A stretch of DNA of 64,000 nucleotides from NCBI GenBank assembly GCA_031459535.1, contig JAVKIJ010000001.1:68503-132502 (forward strand), written 5' to 3'. The stretch comes from Candidatus Fervidifonticultor quintus (lineage in GTDB: Bacteria; Sysuimicrobiota; Sysuimicrobiia; Sysuimicrobiales; Humicultoraceae). The translations under genes and the position numbers were made by a program. The stretch's first letter is position 1, and the number at the start of each line of letters is the position of its first letter. The notes under the pieces were generated by a model. That model was not told the origin of the DNA. It saw only the letters and a list, made by a program, of their open reading frames with translations, and ran no database searches. Below, one piece after another: positions 36,791 to 46,609 of this stretch.

Positions 36791-37624
36791 ATGACGTCTT
36801 CGCCAACAATGCCCTCCGTACAGCTCAGGCACAGCGCGGCCACGGCCCTGTACGAACAGGTGGCGGATGCGCTGCGCCAGCAGATCCACGCCGGTGAGCT
36901 CAAGCCCGGGACTGCCATCCCCCCTGAGAGCGAATTGACCGTAACCTTCGGGGTCAGCCGGGTCACGGCGCGCAAGGCACTCGACCTGCTGGTGGAAGAG
37001 GGGCTGATCGTACGGCGCCAGGGGAAGGGGACGTTCGTGACTGGCGGCAAGATCCAGCAGGACCTCCACGCCCTGCGCGGGTTCGCCGAGTTGATGGCAG
37101 AGCGCGGAGATGAGCAGGCGATGGAGGTGATCGAGTTCGGCGTCGTCCCCGCCGACGTCCACGTGGCCCGTTCGCTGCGATTGGAGCCAGAAGCGAGCGT
37201 GCTGCGCATTCGCCGCCGTCATATCCTACAGGGCGCGCCAATCGCGTACGCCATCATCCACGTCCCCTACGACCTGGGGCGTCGGTTCACCCTGGAGGAG
37301 GTCTCGACGACGCCCATCTACGCACTCCTGGAAACCCGGGCGAGCGTACACGTCAAGCGGGCGACGCAGATCATCCGGGCTGTGGCGGCCGATCAGCTCA
37401 CGGCCAGGCAGATCGACCTGCCCAGGGCCGCACCGGTCATGATGATCGAGCGGGTCACCTATTCGTCCGAGGACGTCCCGGTGGAGCACATTGTGTTCTT
37501 CTACCGCGGCGACCGCTACGAGCTGGCTATCGAGTTGTTCCGCGACCCCACCCACAACGTCCTCTGTCCGAGGAGCAGCACGCCGGAGCCATCGCCAGGG
37601 ACGAACGTCGTGGAGGGATGCTGA
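36791..37624 (+). CDS. GntR family regulator (HutC subfamily, UTRA domain)
   Basis: LYEQV, PPESEL..FGVSRVTARKAL, QGKGTFV, RGDRY. Confidence 0.92.
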   Translation: MTSSPTMPSVQLRHSAATALYEQVADALRQQIHAGELKPGTAIPPESELTVTFGVSRVTARKALDLLVEEGLIVRRQGKGTFVTGGKIQQDLHALRGFAELMAERGDEQAMEVIEFGVVPADVHVARSLRLEPEASVLRIRRRHILQGAPIAYAIIHVPYDLGRRFTLEEVSTTPIYALLETRASVHVKRATQIIRAVAADQLTARQIDLPRAAPVMMIERVTYSSEDVPVEHIVFFYRGDRYELAIELFRDPTHNVLCPRSSTPEPSPGTNVVEGC

Positions 37625-38373
37625 TGAAGGGCGTGTGGTTGTCACATCTGACGTGGGAGGAGGCCGCCGAGGCCTTCAAACGCTGCCCTGTCGCCGTCCT
37701 CCCGGTGGGCGCGGGCACCAAGGAGCACGGCCCCCATCTTCCACTGGGCACGGACCTGATGGTGGTCGAGGAGCTGGCGCGCCGCGTCGTGGAGGCTGCG
37801 CCGGTGATCATGCTGCCGCCACTGGCGTACGGTTATTTCCCGGCGTTCGTGGACTGGCCTGGCAGCGTGTCGGTGGAGCCGCCGCACTTTGCCGGGACAG
37901 TCGGCGACATCATTCGCTCCCTGGCGCGGCATGGGCTTCGCAAGTTCCTGATCCTCGACTACGGGTTCTCGACTCATCCGCCGCTGCGCACGCTGTCGTA
38001 CCAGTTGCACCAGGAACTGGGTGTGCACGTGGCGGTGACCAACGCCATGGCGCTGGGGGCTGATGCGGCGCGGGCTGTGGCCGAGCAGGAGTCAGGCGGG
38101 CACGCCGACGAGCTGGAGACGTCGTGCATGCTGGTCATCCAGCCGAACCTGGTGAAGATGGAGCGCGCGGTCCGGGAGATCGCGCCAGCCCTGCGCGGAA
38201 CCCGGGCCGGGAAGGGCATGATGCCGGTGTTCGTGATGGGCGGCAAGATGGGAACCCGCAGCGGCGTCAACGGTGACCCGACTCTGGCCACGCCGGCGAA
38301 GGGCGAGAAGATGCTGGCGGCGATGACGCAAGAGATCGTGGACTTCCTGGCTGAGTTTGCGGCGATGCCGTGA
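37618..38373 (+). CDS. Creatininase-family amidohydrolase
   Basis: KEHGPHLPLGTD, GHADELETS, GVNGDP..AT..KG. Confidence 0.9.
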   Translation: MLMKGVWLSHLTWEEAAEAFKRCPVAVLPVGAGTKEHGPHLPLGTDLMVVEELARRVVEAAPVIMLPPLAYGYFPAFVDWPGSVSVEPPHFAGTVGDIIRSLARHGLRKFLILDYGFSTHPPLRTLSYQLHQELGVHVAVTNAMALGADAARAVAEQESGGHADELETSCMLVIQPNLVKMERAVREIAPALRGTRAGKGMMPVFVMGGKMGTRSGVNGDPTLATPAKGEKMLAAMTQEIVDFLAEFAAMP

Positions 38374-38392
38374 TGCCAGAAGGGAGGCAGGC

Positions 38393-39199
38393 GTGGCGAT
38401 CGTCGTCGACGCGCACACCCATCTGGGCCTCGAGGCATTCATCGTGCGTCCGATTCCGAACGAGAAGCGGAGGCGGCCGGCCTTCCGGGACCCGATGGAG
38501 AACCGCATTGAGACCCTTATCGCCCGCATGGACGCCAACGGCGTCGGGCGAGCGGTCGCCTTTCCTTATCCCCTGGAAGAGGTGGACAGCGTCCAGGCCA
38601 ATCGCTATGTCCTGGAGGCGCAGCGCGCGTTCCCGAACCGGATCTACCCCTTTGTGCTGGTCGGCGACGATGTGGATGACTGGCTGCGGGCGGGAGCCCG
38701 GGGGTTCAAGCAGCATGCGATCCTGCAGCGTCCCCAGCGCTTCGATTTGCCCCGCGCCTACCGGACGATGGCCGACGCCGGAGTCCCCTTGATCATCCAT
38801 GCATGGTCGCGGCCGGGGTATCCCACGGTGCCCGATCAGATTCGGATCGTCCTGCGGGCGGCGCCGGCGTTGCGGGTGATCGTGGCGCACATGGGACGCG
38901 GTGCCCCCAACACCAGCGAAGGCGTCGTCGCTTGCCTGGAAGGCCTGCGGGACGAACCTACTGTGTTTTTCGAGACGTCGACGGTGCGAGACCCAGGCGC
39001 CCTGGAGTATGCCGTGCAGGTCGTGGGTGAGGATCGCGTCGTCTTTGGCTCAGATTTCCCGTTCAACTCCCACCTCGACGCCGATCCCCTGGCTGTTGAG
39101 CTCGAGGTCGTCTCGCGCACCACGCTGTCGCCCCGGGTCAAGCGGAAGATCCTGGGCGACAATCTGCTGGCCTGCCTGGGTGATCAGGCGGGCACGTGA
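38393..39199 (+). CDS. Amidohydrolase_2 family metal-dependent hydrolase
   Basis: DAHTH, IVAHMG, VFGSDFP, ILGDN. Confidence 0.88.
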   Translation: MAIVVDAHTHLGLEAFIVRPIPNEKRRRPAFRDPMENRIETLIARMDANGVGRAVAFPYPLEEVDSVQANRYVLEAQRAFPNRIYPFVLVGDDVDDWLRAGARGFKQHAILQRPQRFDLPRAYRTMADAGVPLIIHAWSRPGYPTVPDQIRIVLRAAPALRVIVAHMGRGAPNTSEGVVACLEGLRDEPTVFFETSTVRDPGALEYAVQVVGEDRVVFGSDFPFNSHLDADPLAVELEVVSRTTLSPRVKRKILGDNLLACLGDQAGT

Positions 39200-39211
39200 G
39201 GAGGGAGGACA

Positions 39212-40831
39212 ATGGAACCGATCAGACGTCGGTCTGCGGGGGTCGCCGCGCTGACGGCGGCGTTGGTCATGGCCACGTGGCCGATGGCACAGCGGGTCCA
39301 TCGTGCTGGCGTTGCGGTCGCGGCGCCGGGCGGCGAGGGAAGGGTGGTGCGGGTGCGCTACTCTCGCGACCCGAGGACGTTGGAGCCGGGGCTGTTCCTC
39401 GAGTTGATCACCGGCTGGATCTCCAAGGACCTGCACGCCGGGCTCTTACGTTTCGATGAGAAGATGCAGCCCGCGCCGTTTATCGCCAGGAGCTGGCGTG
39501 TCTCCGCCGACGGGTTGATCTACACCTTCAGCTTGCGGGACGACGTCAGGTTCCACAATGGCCGGCGGGTCGTCGCCAGCGATTTCGTCTACACCTTCAC
39601 CCGCATGCTGACCCCACGCATCAGGGCGGCCGCCGGTCCGCAGGCGCTGAGCCGGGTCAAGGGCGCCAGGGAGTACATGGAGGGCCGGGCGGCGTCCGTC
39701 GAGGGGTTGCAGGCCCCCAACGACACCACGTTCCGCATGGTGCTGGCGCAGCCGGACCCGGCACTGCCCCTGCGCCTGGCCACCGTGTTCCTGTCTGTGA
39801 TCCCCCGGGAGGCAGTGGTGGACGGCGAGCCGCGGTGGCGCGACAAACCCGTGGGCGCGGGCGCGTTCAGGTTCGTGGAGTGGCAGCCGCAGGTCCGGAT
39901 CGTGCTCGAGGCCAATCCCGACTACTTCCTCGGCCGTCCCAAGATCGATCGCATCGAGAGTTACACCGTGCCCGACGTGGCCACGGCGCTGGCCCAGTAC
40001 CAAAGGGGCGAGCTGGACATCATTGACGTGCGCGGCGCGCAGCTTGCACAGGTGAACAGCGATCCGGCCCTCAAGCGAGAGCTCAAGGAGTTCCCACGAG
40101 CGCAGCTCCTGTGGTTCGGGTTGAACCAGCGGCGCGTGCCGGCGTTCCGCGACAAGCGCGTGCGGCAGGCGTTCGTGTACGCGCTCCATCGCCAGGCGCT
40201 CATCGAGAAGGTGATGCTCAACGATCGCTACCTGGCCACAGGGTTCGTGCCTAGGGGGATTCCTGATGCCGACCCCACCGAGCAGGCGTACCCCCACGAT
40301 CCAGCGAAGGCCCGTCAGCTCTTGGCGGAGGCCGGGTTCCCCGGCGGCCGAGGCTTCCCCCGGATCGAGGTGGTCTCCACCGCGGACGAGACCACCCTCG
40401 TGGAAGCCATCGTGGCACAGCTCAAGACCAAGCTCGGCATCGACGCCGTGGTGCGCATCGGTGAGAGCGGCGACGTGCTGACCGGGATGTGGGCCAAGGA
40501 CAAGTGGGACATGTGGAGCTGGGGGTGGTCGGCAGACCGGCCGAGCGCCGAGGTCTGGCTCTACGAGTTGATGTACGGCGGGCTTGAGAGCAATTTCGTC
40601 AGCTACAACAACCCCGAGTACAACCGGATGGTCGATCGGGCACGTTCCGAGACCGACCCGAACAAGCGGATCGCCGCGTGGCGCGAGGTGGCGAGGATGG
40701 CGCACGAGGAGGTGCCCTACGTGCCCTTCGGCTTCGCCAAGTTCCTTTATCTGGTCAAGCCCCACGTACGAGGGTTCTCGGCAGACCTGCTGGGCCCCAA
40801 GCGGCTGGAGACCGTGGAGGTCGTGCGGTAG
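39212..40831 (+). CDS. Peptide/nickel ABC substrate-binding protein (family 5)
   Basis: YTFSLRDDVRFHNG, PVGAGAF, VRQAF, YNNPEY. Confidence 0.9.
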   Translation: MEPIRRRSAGVAALTAALVMATWPMAQRVHRAGVAVAAPGGEGRVVRVRYSRDPRTLEPGLFLELITGWISKDLHAGLLRFDEKMQPAPFIARSWRVSADGLIYTFSLRDDVRFHNGRRVVASDFVYTFTRMLTPRIRAAAGPQALSRVKGAREYMEGRAASVEGLQAPNDTTFRMVLAQPDPALPLRLATVFLSVIPREAVVDGEPRWRDKPVGAGAFRFVEWQPQVRIVLEANPDYFLGRPKIDRIESYTVPDVATALAQYQRGELDIIDVRGAQLAQVNSDPALKRELKEFPRAQLLWFGLNQRRVPAFRDKRVRQAFVYALHRQALIEKVMLNDRYLATGFVPRGIPDADPTEQAYPHDPAKARQLLAEAGFPGGRGFPRIEVVSTADETTLVEAIVAQLKTKLGIDAVVRIGESGDVLTGMWAKDKWDMWSWGWSADRPSAEVWLYELMYGGLESNFVSYNNPEYNRMVDRARSETDPNKRIAAWREVARMAHEEVPYVPFGFAKFLYLVKPHVRGFSADLLGPKRLETVEVVR

Positions 40832-40859
40832 CAATGCGCGCCAGGGCCCCTTCCCCGCG

Positions 40860-41786
40860 ATGTCTGGATACCTGCTCCGACGCCTCGGCGCCACCGTGAT
40901 CAGCCTGTTCAGCGCGGCGCTGATCGCGTTCCTGGCCTCCCGGTTCACCCCGGGCGATCCCATTCGGCTCATGGTGGGGGACCAGAACGTCGCCCCCGAA
41001 GTCGTCCGTCGGTTGCAGCGGCAGTACGGGCTGGATCAGCCCCTGGCCCTCCAATATCTGTACTTTGTTCGCAACGCGCTCGGGGGTGATTTCGGAACCT
41101 CCTACTACTATGTGGGCAAACCCGTGCTCCAGGTCATCGCGCCCGGTCTGACGGTCACGCTCAAGTGGCAGACGCTAGCGCTGGCCCTGGCCGTGGTCGG
41201 GGCGCTGGTCATGGGCCTGATGTCGGCGACCCGGCACAATTCCTGGCTGGATCACGGGATCATGCTCTTTGCGCTGGCCGGGATCTCCCTCCCGAGCTTT
41301 GTGCTGGCGACGATCCTCATCCTCATCTTTTCGGTCCGCCTGGGCCTGCTGCCGGTAGCGGGTCTCATCTCGCCCGCCCACTACATCCTGCCGAGCCTGA
41401 CCATGGCGGCCCAGCCGTGCGCCCTGCTCACGCGGCTGCTGCGGGCGTCGATGCTCGAGGTCATCCACCAGGACTACATGATGACCGCGCGCGCCAAGGG
41501 ACTGCGCGAGGCAGTCGTGGTGGTCCGCCATGGCCTCAAGAACGCCCTCCTGCCCACGTTCACCGTACTGGGTATCATGGTGGGACGCATCCTCGCCGGG
41601 GCGTTCCTCATCGAAACCGTGTTCAGCATTCCGGGGATTGGCCGCATCGGCGTGCAGGCCGTTGTGCACCGGGACTATCCTGTGATTCTGGCCATCACGG
41701 TCCTGCTCGCGGCGGCGTTCTTGGTCGTGACGCTTGTGGTCGATGCGCTCTACGGGCTGCTCGACCCCCGCATCAGGTACGCGTGA
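40860..41786 (+). CDS. Peptide ABC permease (OppB/DppB-like)
   Basis: PGDP, GLDQP, DYMMTARAKGL, RDYPVI, LDPRIR. Confidence 0.92.
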   Translation: MSGYLLRRLGATVISLFSAALIAFLASRFTPGDPIRLMVGDQNVAPEVVRRLQRQYGLDQPLALQYLYFVRNALGGDFGTSYYYVGKPVLQVIAPGLTVTLKWQTLALALAVVGALVMGLMSATRHNSWLDHGIMLFALAGISLPSFVLATILILIFSVRLGLLPVAGLISPAHYILPSLTMAAQPCALLTRLLRASMLEVIHQDYMMTARAKGLREAVVVVRHGLKNALLPTFTVLGIMVGRILAGAFLIETVFSIPGIGRIGVQAVVHRDYPVILAITVLLAAAFLVVTLVVDALYGLLDPRIRYA

Positions 41787-41791
41787 GGGGA

Positions 41792-42706
41792 ATGCACACT
41801 TGGCCGGCACGGACTGAACGGTTGCCGCCGGCGGAGCCACCCGAGGCCGGCGGCGCCGCGTCCACGCTCTGGGCCGACGCGTGGCGCCGCCTGCGTCGCA
41901 ACCGCGCCGCAGTCGCGTCGCTGGTGTTTCTCGTCGCGCTGGGACTGTTTGTGGCGGCGGCGCCGCTGTTGGGGCTGCCCTCTCCGATCGAGCAGGATCT
42001 GGAGCGCATCAACGAGGGCCCCAGTGCCGCGCACCCGCTGGGGACCGATGAGCTGGGGCGGGACATGCTCAGCCGCCTGGTTCACGGCGGGCGCGTCTCG
42101 CTCCTGGTCGGGTTGGGTGTGCAGACGGCGACGGCCACAATCGGCATGGCCCTGGGCATCGCGGCCGGCTATCTCGGCGGTACGGTGGACGTGGCCGTCA
42201 TGCGGGTGGTGGACACGATGTATGCGTTCCCGCCCTTCCTGTTCGCGGTCTTCATGGCGGCCATACTGCCTCCGTCGGTGTGGAGCATCGTGCTGGTGCT
42301 GGTGCTCGTCGGGTGGCCGTGGGAGGCCCGTGTGACGCGAGGGATCGTGCTCTCCCTGAGAGAGCGCGAGTTCATCGCGGCAGCCAGGGCCGTGGGCGCG
42401 CCCACCGGGCGCATCATGGTCCGGCACATCCTCCCCAACGCGCTGAGCCCTATCATCGTGGGGTTCTCCATCGGCATTGCGGGCACCATCATCGCGGAGT
42501 CGGGGTTGAGCTTCCTGGGCATCGGCATACGCCCGCCCACACCGAGCTGGGGCGGGATGATCGACCGGGGGAGGTTGTTTCTCCGCGTCTATCCCCATCT
42601 GGCCCTCTACCCCAGCATCGCGTTGGCCTTGACCGTGCTGGCGTTCAACTTCCTGGGGGACGGTCTGCGGGACGCCCTCGATCCGCGTCTGCGGGGGCAC
42701 CGCTAG
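41792..42706 (+). CDS. Peptide ABC permease (OppC/DppC-like)
   Basis: HPLGTDELGRD, ESGLSFLG, GDGLRDALDP. Confidence 0.92.
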   Translation: MHTWPARTERLPPAEPPEAGGAASTLWADAWRRLRRNRAAVASLVFLVALGLFVAAAPLLGLPSPIEQDLERINEGPSAAHPLGTDELGRDMLSRLVHGGRVSLLVGLGVQTATATIGMALGIAAGYLGGTVDVAVMRVVDTMYAFPPFLFAVFMAAILPPSVWSIVLVLVLVGWPWEARVTRGIVLSLREREFIAAARAVGAPTGRIMVRHILPNALSPIIVGFSIGIAGTIIAESGLSFLGIGIRPPTPSWGGMIDRGRLFLRVYPHLALYPSIALALTVLAFNFLGDGLRDALDPRLRGHR

Positions 42707-43652
42707 CGGACGTCCCCGCATCGCGCTGGCCGAGGGCCTCAAGACACTTGACGAGGGCGGCCAGGGCGCGATTCACAGGGACAGTCATGCCCACCCGCTC
42801 GGCTTCCCGCGCGACCGCGCCGCTGATGACGTCGATCTCGGTGCGGCGGCGCGCCTCGATGTCCTGGAGCATCGAAGAGCGATTGGCCGCTGTCAGGCGG
42901 GCGACCTCCTGCACGTGGGCCCACGGATCGGCAATGGGAATCTCCACGCCCGCCCGGCGGGCCACGGCCGCGCCTTCCTCGACGGCCGACCGCATGATCT
43001 CCAGCGCCTCGGGTAGCTCCAGTAGTCGCCCGTTCCGTACCCGCAGGATGGCCGTGAGCGGGTTGATGGCCACATTGACCAGCAGCTTGCCCCACAGGAC
43101 GCTCAGCACGTTGGGGCTCGACGAGCACGGCAGGCCGGCCGCATTGAACGCGTCAACCAACCGGTGGAGCCGCGCCGAGGACACCCCATCCAGCTCACCG
43201 ATGACCGTGGCCCCGATCCCGGCGTGGTGGATGCGGCCGGGCCCCAGGACATTGGCCCCGTGCCCCGTGGTCCCGGCCATCAGGTGGCGGCGCGGCACGT
43301 GCCTGGCCAGCACATCGACGTTACCCAGCCCGTTCTGCAGGGTCAGCACCACGGTGTCCGACCGCAGCAGCGGGCCCAGCGACACCGCCGCGGCCTCGGT
43401 GTGATAGGACTTCACGAAGATCAGGACCAGATCGCAGGGACCCGCGGCTGCTGGCGCGCTCGCGGCCCGCGGCCGGACGACCCGCTCCTCTCCAGAAGGC
43501 TCTATAATGACGAGGCCGCGCTGCCCGATGGCCTGCACGTGCTCCGCCCAGGTGTCTATGAGCCAGACATCGTGACCGCCGGCGCACAGATAGCCGCCGA
43601 ACAGCGATCCCATGGCCCCGGCGCCGACGACACCGACCTTCAGAACGTCCAC
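42645..43652 (-). CDS. panE: 2-dehydropantoate 2-reductase
   Basis: GAGAMG, VKSY, LQNGLG, WGKLLVN..INP, SSMLQD..RRTEID; directly downstream of panB. Confidence 0.9.
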   Translation of the reverse strand: MDVLKVGVVGAGAMGSLFGGYLCAGGHDVWLIDTWAEHVQAIGQRGLVIIEPSGEERVVRPRAASAPAAAGPCDLVLIFVKSYHTEAAAVSLGPLLRSDTVVLTLQNGLGNVDVLARHVPRRHLMAGTTGHGANVLGPGRIHHAGIGATVIGELDGVSSARLHRLVDAFNAAGLPCSSSPNVLSVLWGKLLVNVAINPLTAILRVRNGRLLELPEALEIMRSAVEEGAAVARRAGVEIPIADPWAHVQEVARLTAANRSSMLQDIEARRRTEIDVISGAVAREAERVGMTVPVNRALAALVKCLEALGQRDAGTSASGAPADADRGRPADRPPGS

Positions 43653-43682
43653 GGCTTCTGGCCTCCGACTTCCGCCGGTCGC

Positions 43683-44573
43683 TCAGGCGGGCGCCTCGGT
43701 GCCAAGGAGGCCCGAGCGCAACAGCGCCTCGCGCAGTGCTGCGGCATCTTCGGCCTTCATCGTGTAGCAGTGCTCCGGCGCCGGAAACGACCCGTCTCGG
43801 ACTTCGGTGGCGAACCGCCCAAGGGCCTCCTGGGCGGCAGCCCCCAGGGCGGCGTATCGCTTCACGAACTTGGGGACGAACCGCTCGAAGAGCCCGAGCA
43901 GGTCGTGCAACACCAGCACCTGGCCGTCACAGTCCGGACCGGCGCCGATGCCGATGGTCGGCACCCGGATGGCCTCGGTGATCATGCGACCCAGCGCGGC
44001 GGGTACCGCTTCCAGCACGATGCTGAAGACACCGGCCTCCTGCAGCGCCAGTGCATCCTCCACCAGTGCGCGCGCGGAATCCACATCGCGCCCCTGCACC
44101 CGGAAGCCGCCCAGCTGCGAGATGCTCTGGGGCGTCAGGCCGATGTGGCCCATGACCGGAATCCCGGCGCGGACGATGGCCCCGACGGTGGCTGCCGACC
44201 GGCGGCCCCCTTCGAGCTTCACGGCGTCCATCCCGGCCTCTTTCAGGAAGCGGCCTGCATTCTCGACTGCTCGATCGGCCGACACCTCATACGACAGGAA
44301 CGGCATGTCGCCCACCAGGAAGGTGTGCCGCGCTCCCCTTGCGACCGCCCGCGCCATGGTCAGCATCTCGTCCATGCTTACGGGCACCGTGGTCTCGTAT
44401 CCCAGGGTCGTCATCGCCCCGGAATCGCCCACGAGGATCATGTCAATGTCCACCGCATCCACCAGGGTGGCGAAGGCGTAGTCGTATGCGGTGACCATGG
44501 TGATCTTGCGGCCGCTCCGCTTCCGTTCCAGCAAGTCGAGGATCGTGGGTTTCTTCTTGTTGGGTGTCGTCAC
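43683..44573 (-). CDS. panB: 3-methyl-2-oxobutanoate hydroxymethyltransferase
   Basis: TAYDY, LVGDS, VKLEGG, GHIGLTPQ, IGIGAG..CDGQVLV. Confidence 0.97.
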   Translation of the reverse strand: MTTPNKKKPTILDLLERKRSGRKITMVTAYDYAFATLVDAVDIDMILVGDSGAMTTLGYETTVPVSMDEMLTMARAVARGARHTFLVGDMPFLSYEVSADRAVENAGRFLKEAGMDAVKLEGGRRSAATVGAIVRAGIPVMGHIGLTPQSISQLGGFRVQGRDVDSARALVEDALALQEAGVFSIVLEAVPAALGRMITEAIRVPTIGIGAGPDCDGQVLVLHDLLGLFERFVPKFVKRYAALGAAAQEALGRFATEVRDGSFPAPEHCYTMKAEDAAALREALLRSGLLGTEAPA

Positions 44574-44707
44574 ACGCGCACCTCCCCGGTGGGTGGAAGC
44601 TTCCACACCAGATGGGTGAACCTAGATCTGCCTTAGGCTTCTGGAAGACCGCGTGGGAATCCCGCTGGTCGAGGCCCTCAGACGGGCCACCAGGTTGACT
44701 GGAACGC

Positions 44708-45028
44708 TCAGGCAGCCTTCTTGAAGAACCGCTCCAGATAGGGGAGCAGGCGCCGGCCCTCGGCTTTCAACTGCATGTAGATGGCCTGATAGTTTCGGGC
44801 CTCGGCCTGCATCTGGCCGACCACTGCGCGGAAGATGCGGGTGTGCTCCCGAACGGCCTGCCGGTTGATTGCCCTCTGCGCTTCCAGCGTCCGCCGTGCA
44901 AGGCCGGCCATCTCGCGGTTGGCACGCTTCTGACGCTGGAGAACCCGTGCGCCCTCCAGCAAGTTGTTGGCAAGGGACGCGCGCACCTCCATCAAGACCC
45001 GCTGGTGCTCCGGGACGAGATGCAGCAT
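44708..45028 (-). CDS. Hypothetical alpha-helical protein
   Basis: ORF with GGAGGT RBS; no recognised motif. Confidence 0.6.
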   Translation of the reverse strand: MLHLVPEHQRVLMEVRASLANNLLEGARVLQRQKRANREMAGLARRTLEAQRAINRQAVREHTRIFRAVVGQMQAEARNYQAIYMQLKAEGRRLLPYLERFFKKAA

Positions 45029-45183
45029 GTGGCCACCTCCGCGGTCACCGTAACGCGGGAGCGTCGGGCGGGGCTATCGAGGGCCAAAGGGATTTCCGGT
45101 AACGCTTTTGGGCCGGCCGCGGGGCACGAAAGGACTATGACCGGGGGGCCAGAAATAGCAGGTCTTCAAGACGGGGGGTGGAG

Positions 45184-45696
45184 ATGCTCGGAGGCAAGAA
45201 CCGGTCACTGACCGCAGAGGAGGCCGGCCGCGCGCTGGCGCAGTGCGCGAGCGGGCTTACGGAGACCATCGCCGCCGCGCTTGGCCAGTTCGGTGCCGTT
45301 GACGCCCGGGAGGCGCTGATTCTGGCGATTGTGGCTGCGGCGTGGACCCTGGACCACGGTGAGTCCCTGAAACCCCTCCCTGCGGACAGACGCCAGGCAG
45401 CCCGCGTGGCGTTCTACGAACGCATCTGCGCCAGCGCCGTGGAGAAGTTCCACCTGGACGAAGCGGGTCTGGATGAGTTTCTCGCGACGCTGGAGAGCCG
45501 GTTGAGCGAGTACGAGCGCCCGGCTCGGAGGGCCCTGATCGCGGGGCAGCGGGACGGGGCCGACCTGGGGCATCTGATCCTTGCCCGTCTCACCGGCTCG
45601 CCCGGGGGCGCGGAGGCCGCGTCCGCCGGGCGTGCCGTGTTCACCGACTCGGTCCTCGCCGCGGCAAGGATGCTGCGGGACGCCAGAGTCCGATGA
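45184..45696 (+). CDS. Hypothetical helical protein
   Basis: ORF with GC3-rich codons; no recognised motif. Confidence 0.55.
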   Translation: MLGGKNRSLTAEEAGRALAQCASGLTETIAAALGQFGAVDAREALILAIVAAAWTLDHGESLKPLPADRRQAARVAFYERICASAVEKFHLDEAGLDEFLATLESRLSEYERPARRALIAGQRDGADLGHLILARLTGSPGGAEAASAGRAVFTDSVLAAARMLRDARVR

Positions 45697-45747
45697 GTTT
45701 CTCTTTCGGAGCCGCCCGCGGTATGCTGACCTGGGGGTGTCGGTGCC

Positions 45748-46587
45748 ATGGATGCCGCAGTCCAGGCCCTGGCGGCGCGTGTGGATGCGCTGGAACGACA
45801 GATGGCGCTCGCGGGGCAGTCAGTCGAGGGCGCGCTGCGCCGTCGCGGATGGCGGCCGAAGGCGCATTCCTCCCTCGAGCATATCCTGCTCCCGGTGCCA
45901 CCGGAGCCGGCGCGGCTCGACCGGTACTATCAGGATCTCCGACACTATCACTTCCGACGCCTCCTGCAGGAGGCTGTCGAGCAGGGCGTACTCTCGCCCC
46001 CGGCCGTGCGGAGCCTGGAAGCCCGCTGGGGCGCCCGGGCCGTGGCACGGACGCTGAACCGCCTGGTGGACTACGGCCTGCTGGTGCGCACCCAGGCCGG
46101 ATTCGCCGCCTGCGGGAAGATCCGCTCCTTTGGAGGGACGCTTGAGTGGTTTGTCGCCCAGGTCCTCATCCGTGAGCACCTGGCGCCCGCCGCATGGGAC
46201 GTGCGTTTGCACGAGATCCGCCAGGGCGGTGACTTCGACGTGCTGGCGGTGCTGGACGGCCGGCTGGGCTACTTCGAGTGCAAGGGCAGCCCGCCCTACA
46301 ACGTGTCCGCCGACGCCCTGGCGCAGTTCCTCGACCGCTGCCGCCGGCTCCGGCCCGACTTCGCGGTGCTGGTCCAGGACACGACCCTGAAGATCGACCG
46401 CAACATCATCGCCAACCTGCAGGCCTTGCTGGGCGCCGGGGCGGGACTGCCGCGGCACCTAGTGCGCACCTCCGAAGGCATCTACGAGGCCGAAGATGGC
46501 ATGAAGCTGTTCGTCGTCACCGGCCGCCGCAGCCTGGCCGCCAATCTGGCGCGGTGCCTGCGGCGGCTCCATGGCGCCGGCGGCTAG
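45748..46587 (+). CDS. Hypothetical protein with wHTH-like region and PD-(D/E)XK nuclease-like domain
   Basis: GTLEWFV...GDFDVLA...YFECKG. Confidence 0.65.
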   Translation: MDAAVQALAARVDALERQMALAGQSVEGALRRRGWRPKAHSSLEHILLPVPPEPARLDRYYQDLRHYHFRRLLQEAVEQGVLSPPAVRSLEARWGARAVARTLNRLVDYGLLVRTQAGFAACGKIRSFGGTLEWFVAQVLIREHLAPAAWDVRLHEIRQGGDFDVLAVLDGRLGYFECKGSPPYNVSADALAQFLDRCRRLRPDFAVLVQDTTLKIDRNIIANLQALLGAGAGLPRHLVRTSEGIYEAEDGMKLFVVTGRRSLAANLARCLRRLHGAGG

Positions 46588-46609
46588 ACGTTCCCGCGAG
46601 GAGGCTGCG

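Noticed and set aside
39446-40972. Long antisense or alternate-frame ORFs (also 8090-9151, 19453-20856, 25763-27136, 43164-44636)
   Set aside because: Shadow ORFs expected at high GC; they overlap well-supported genes and have no motifs
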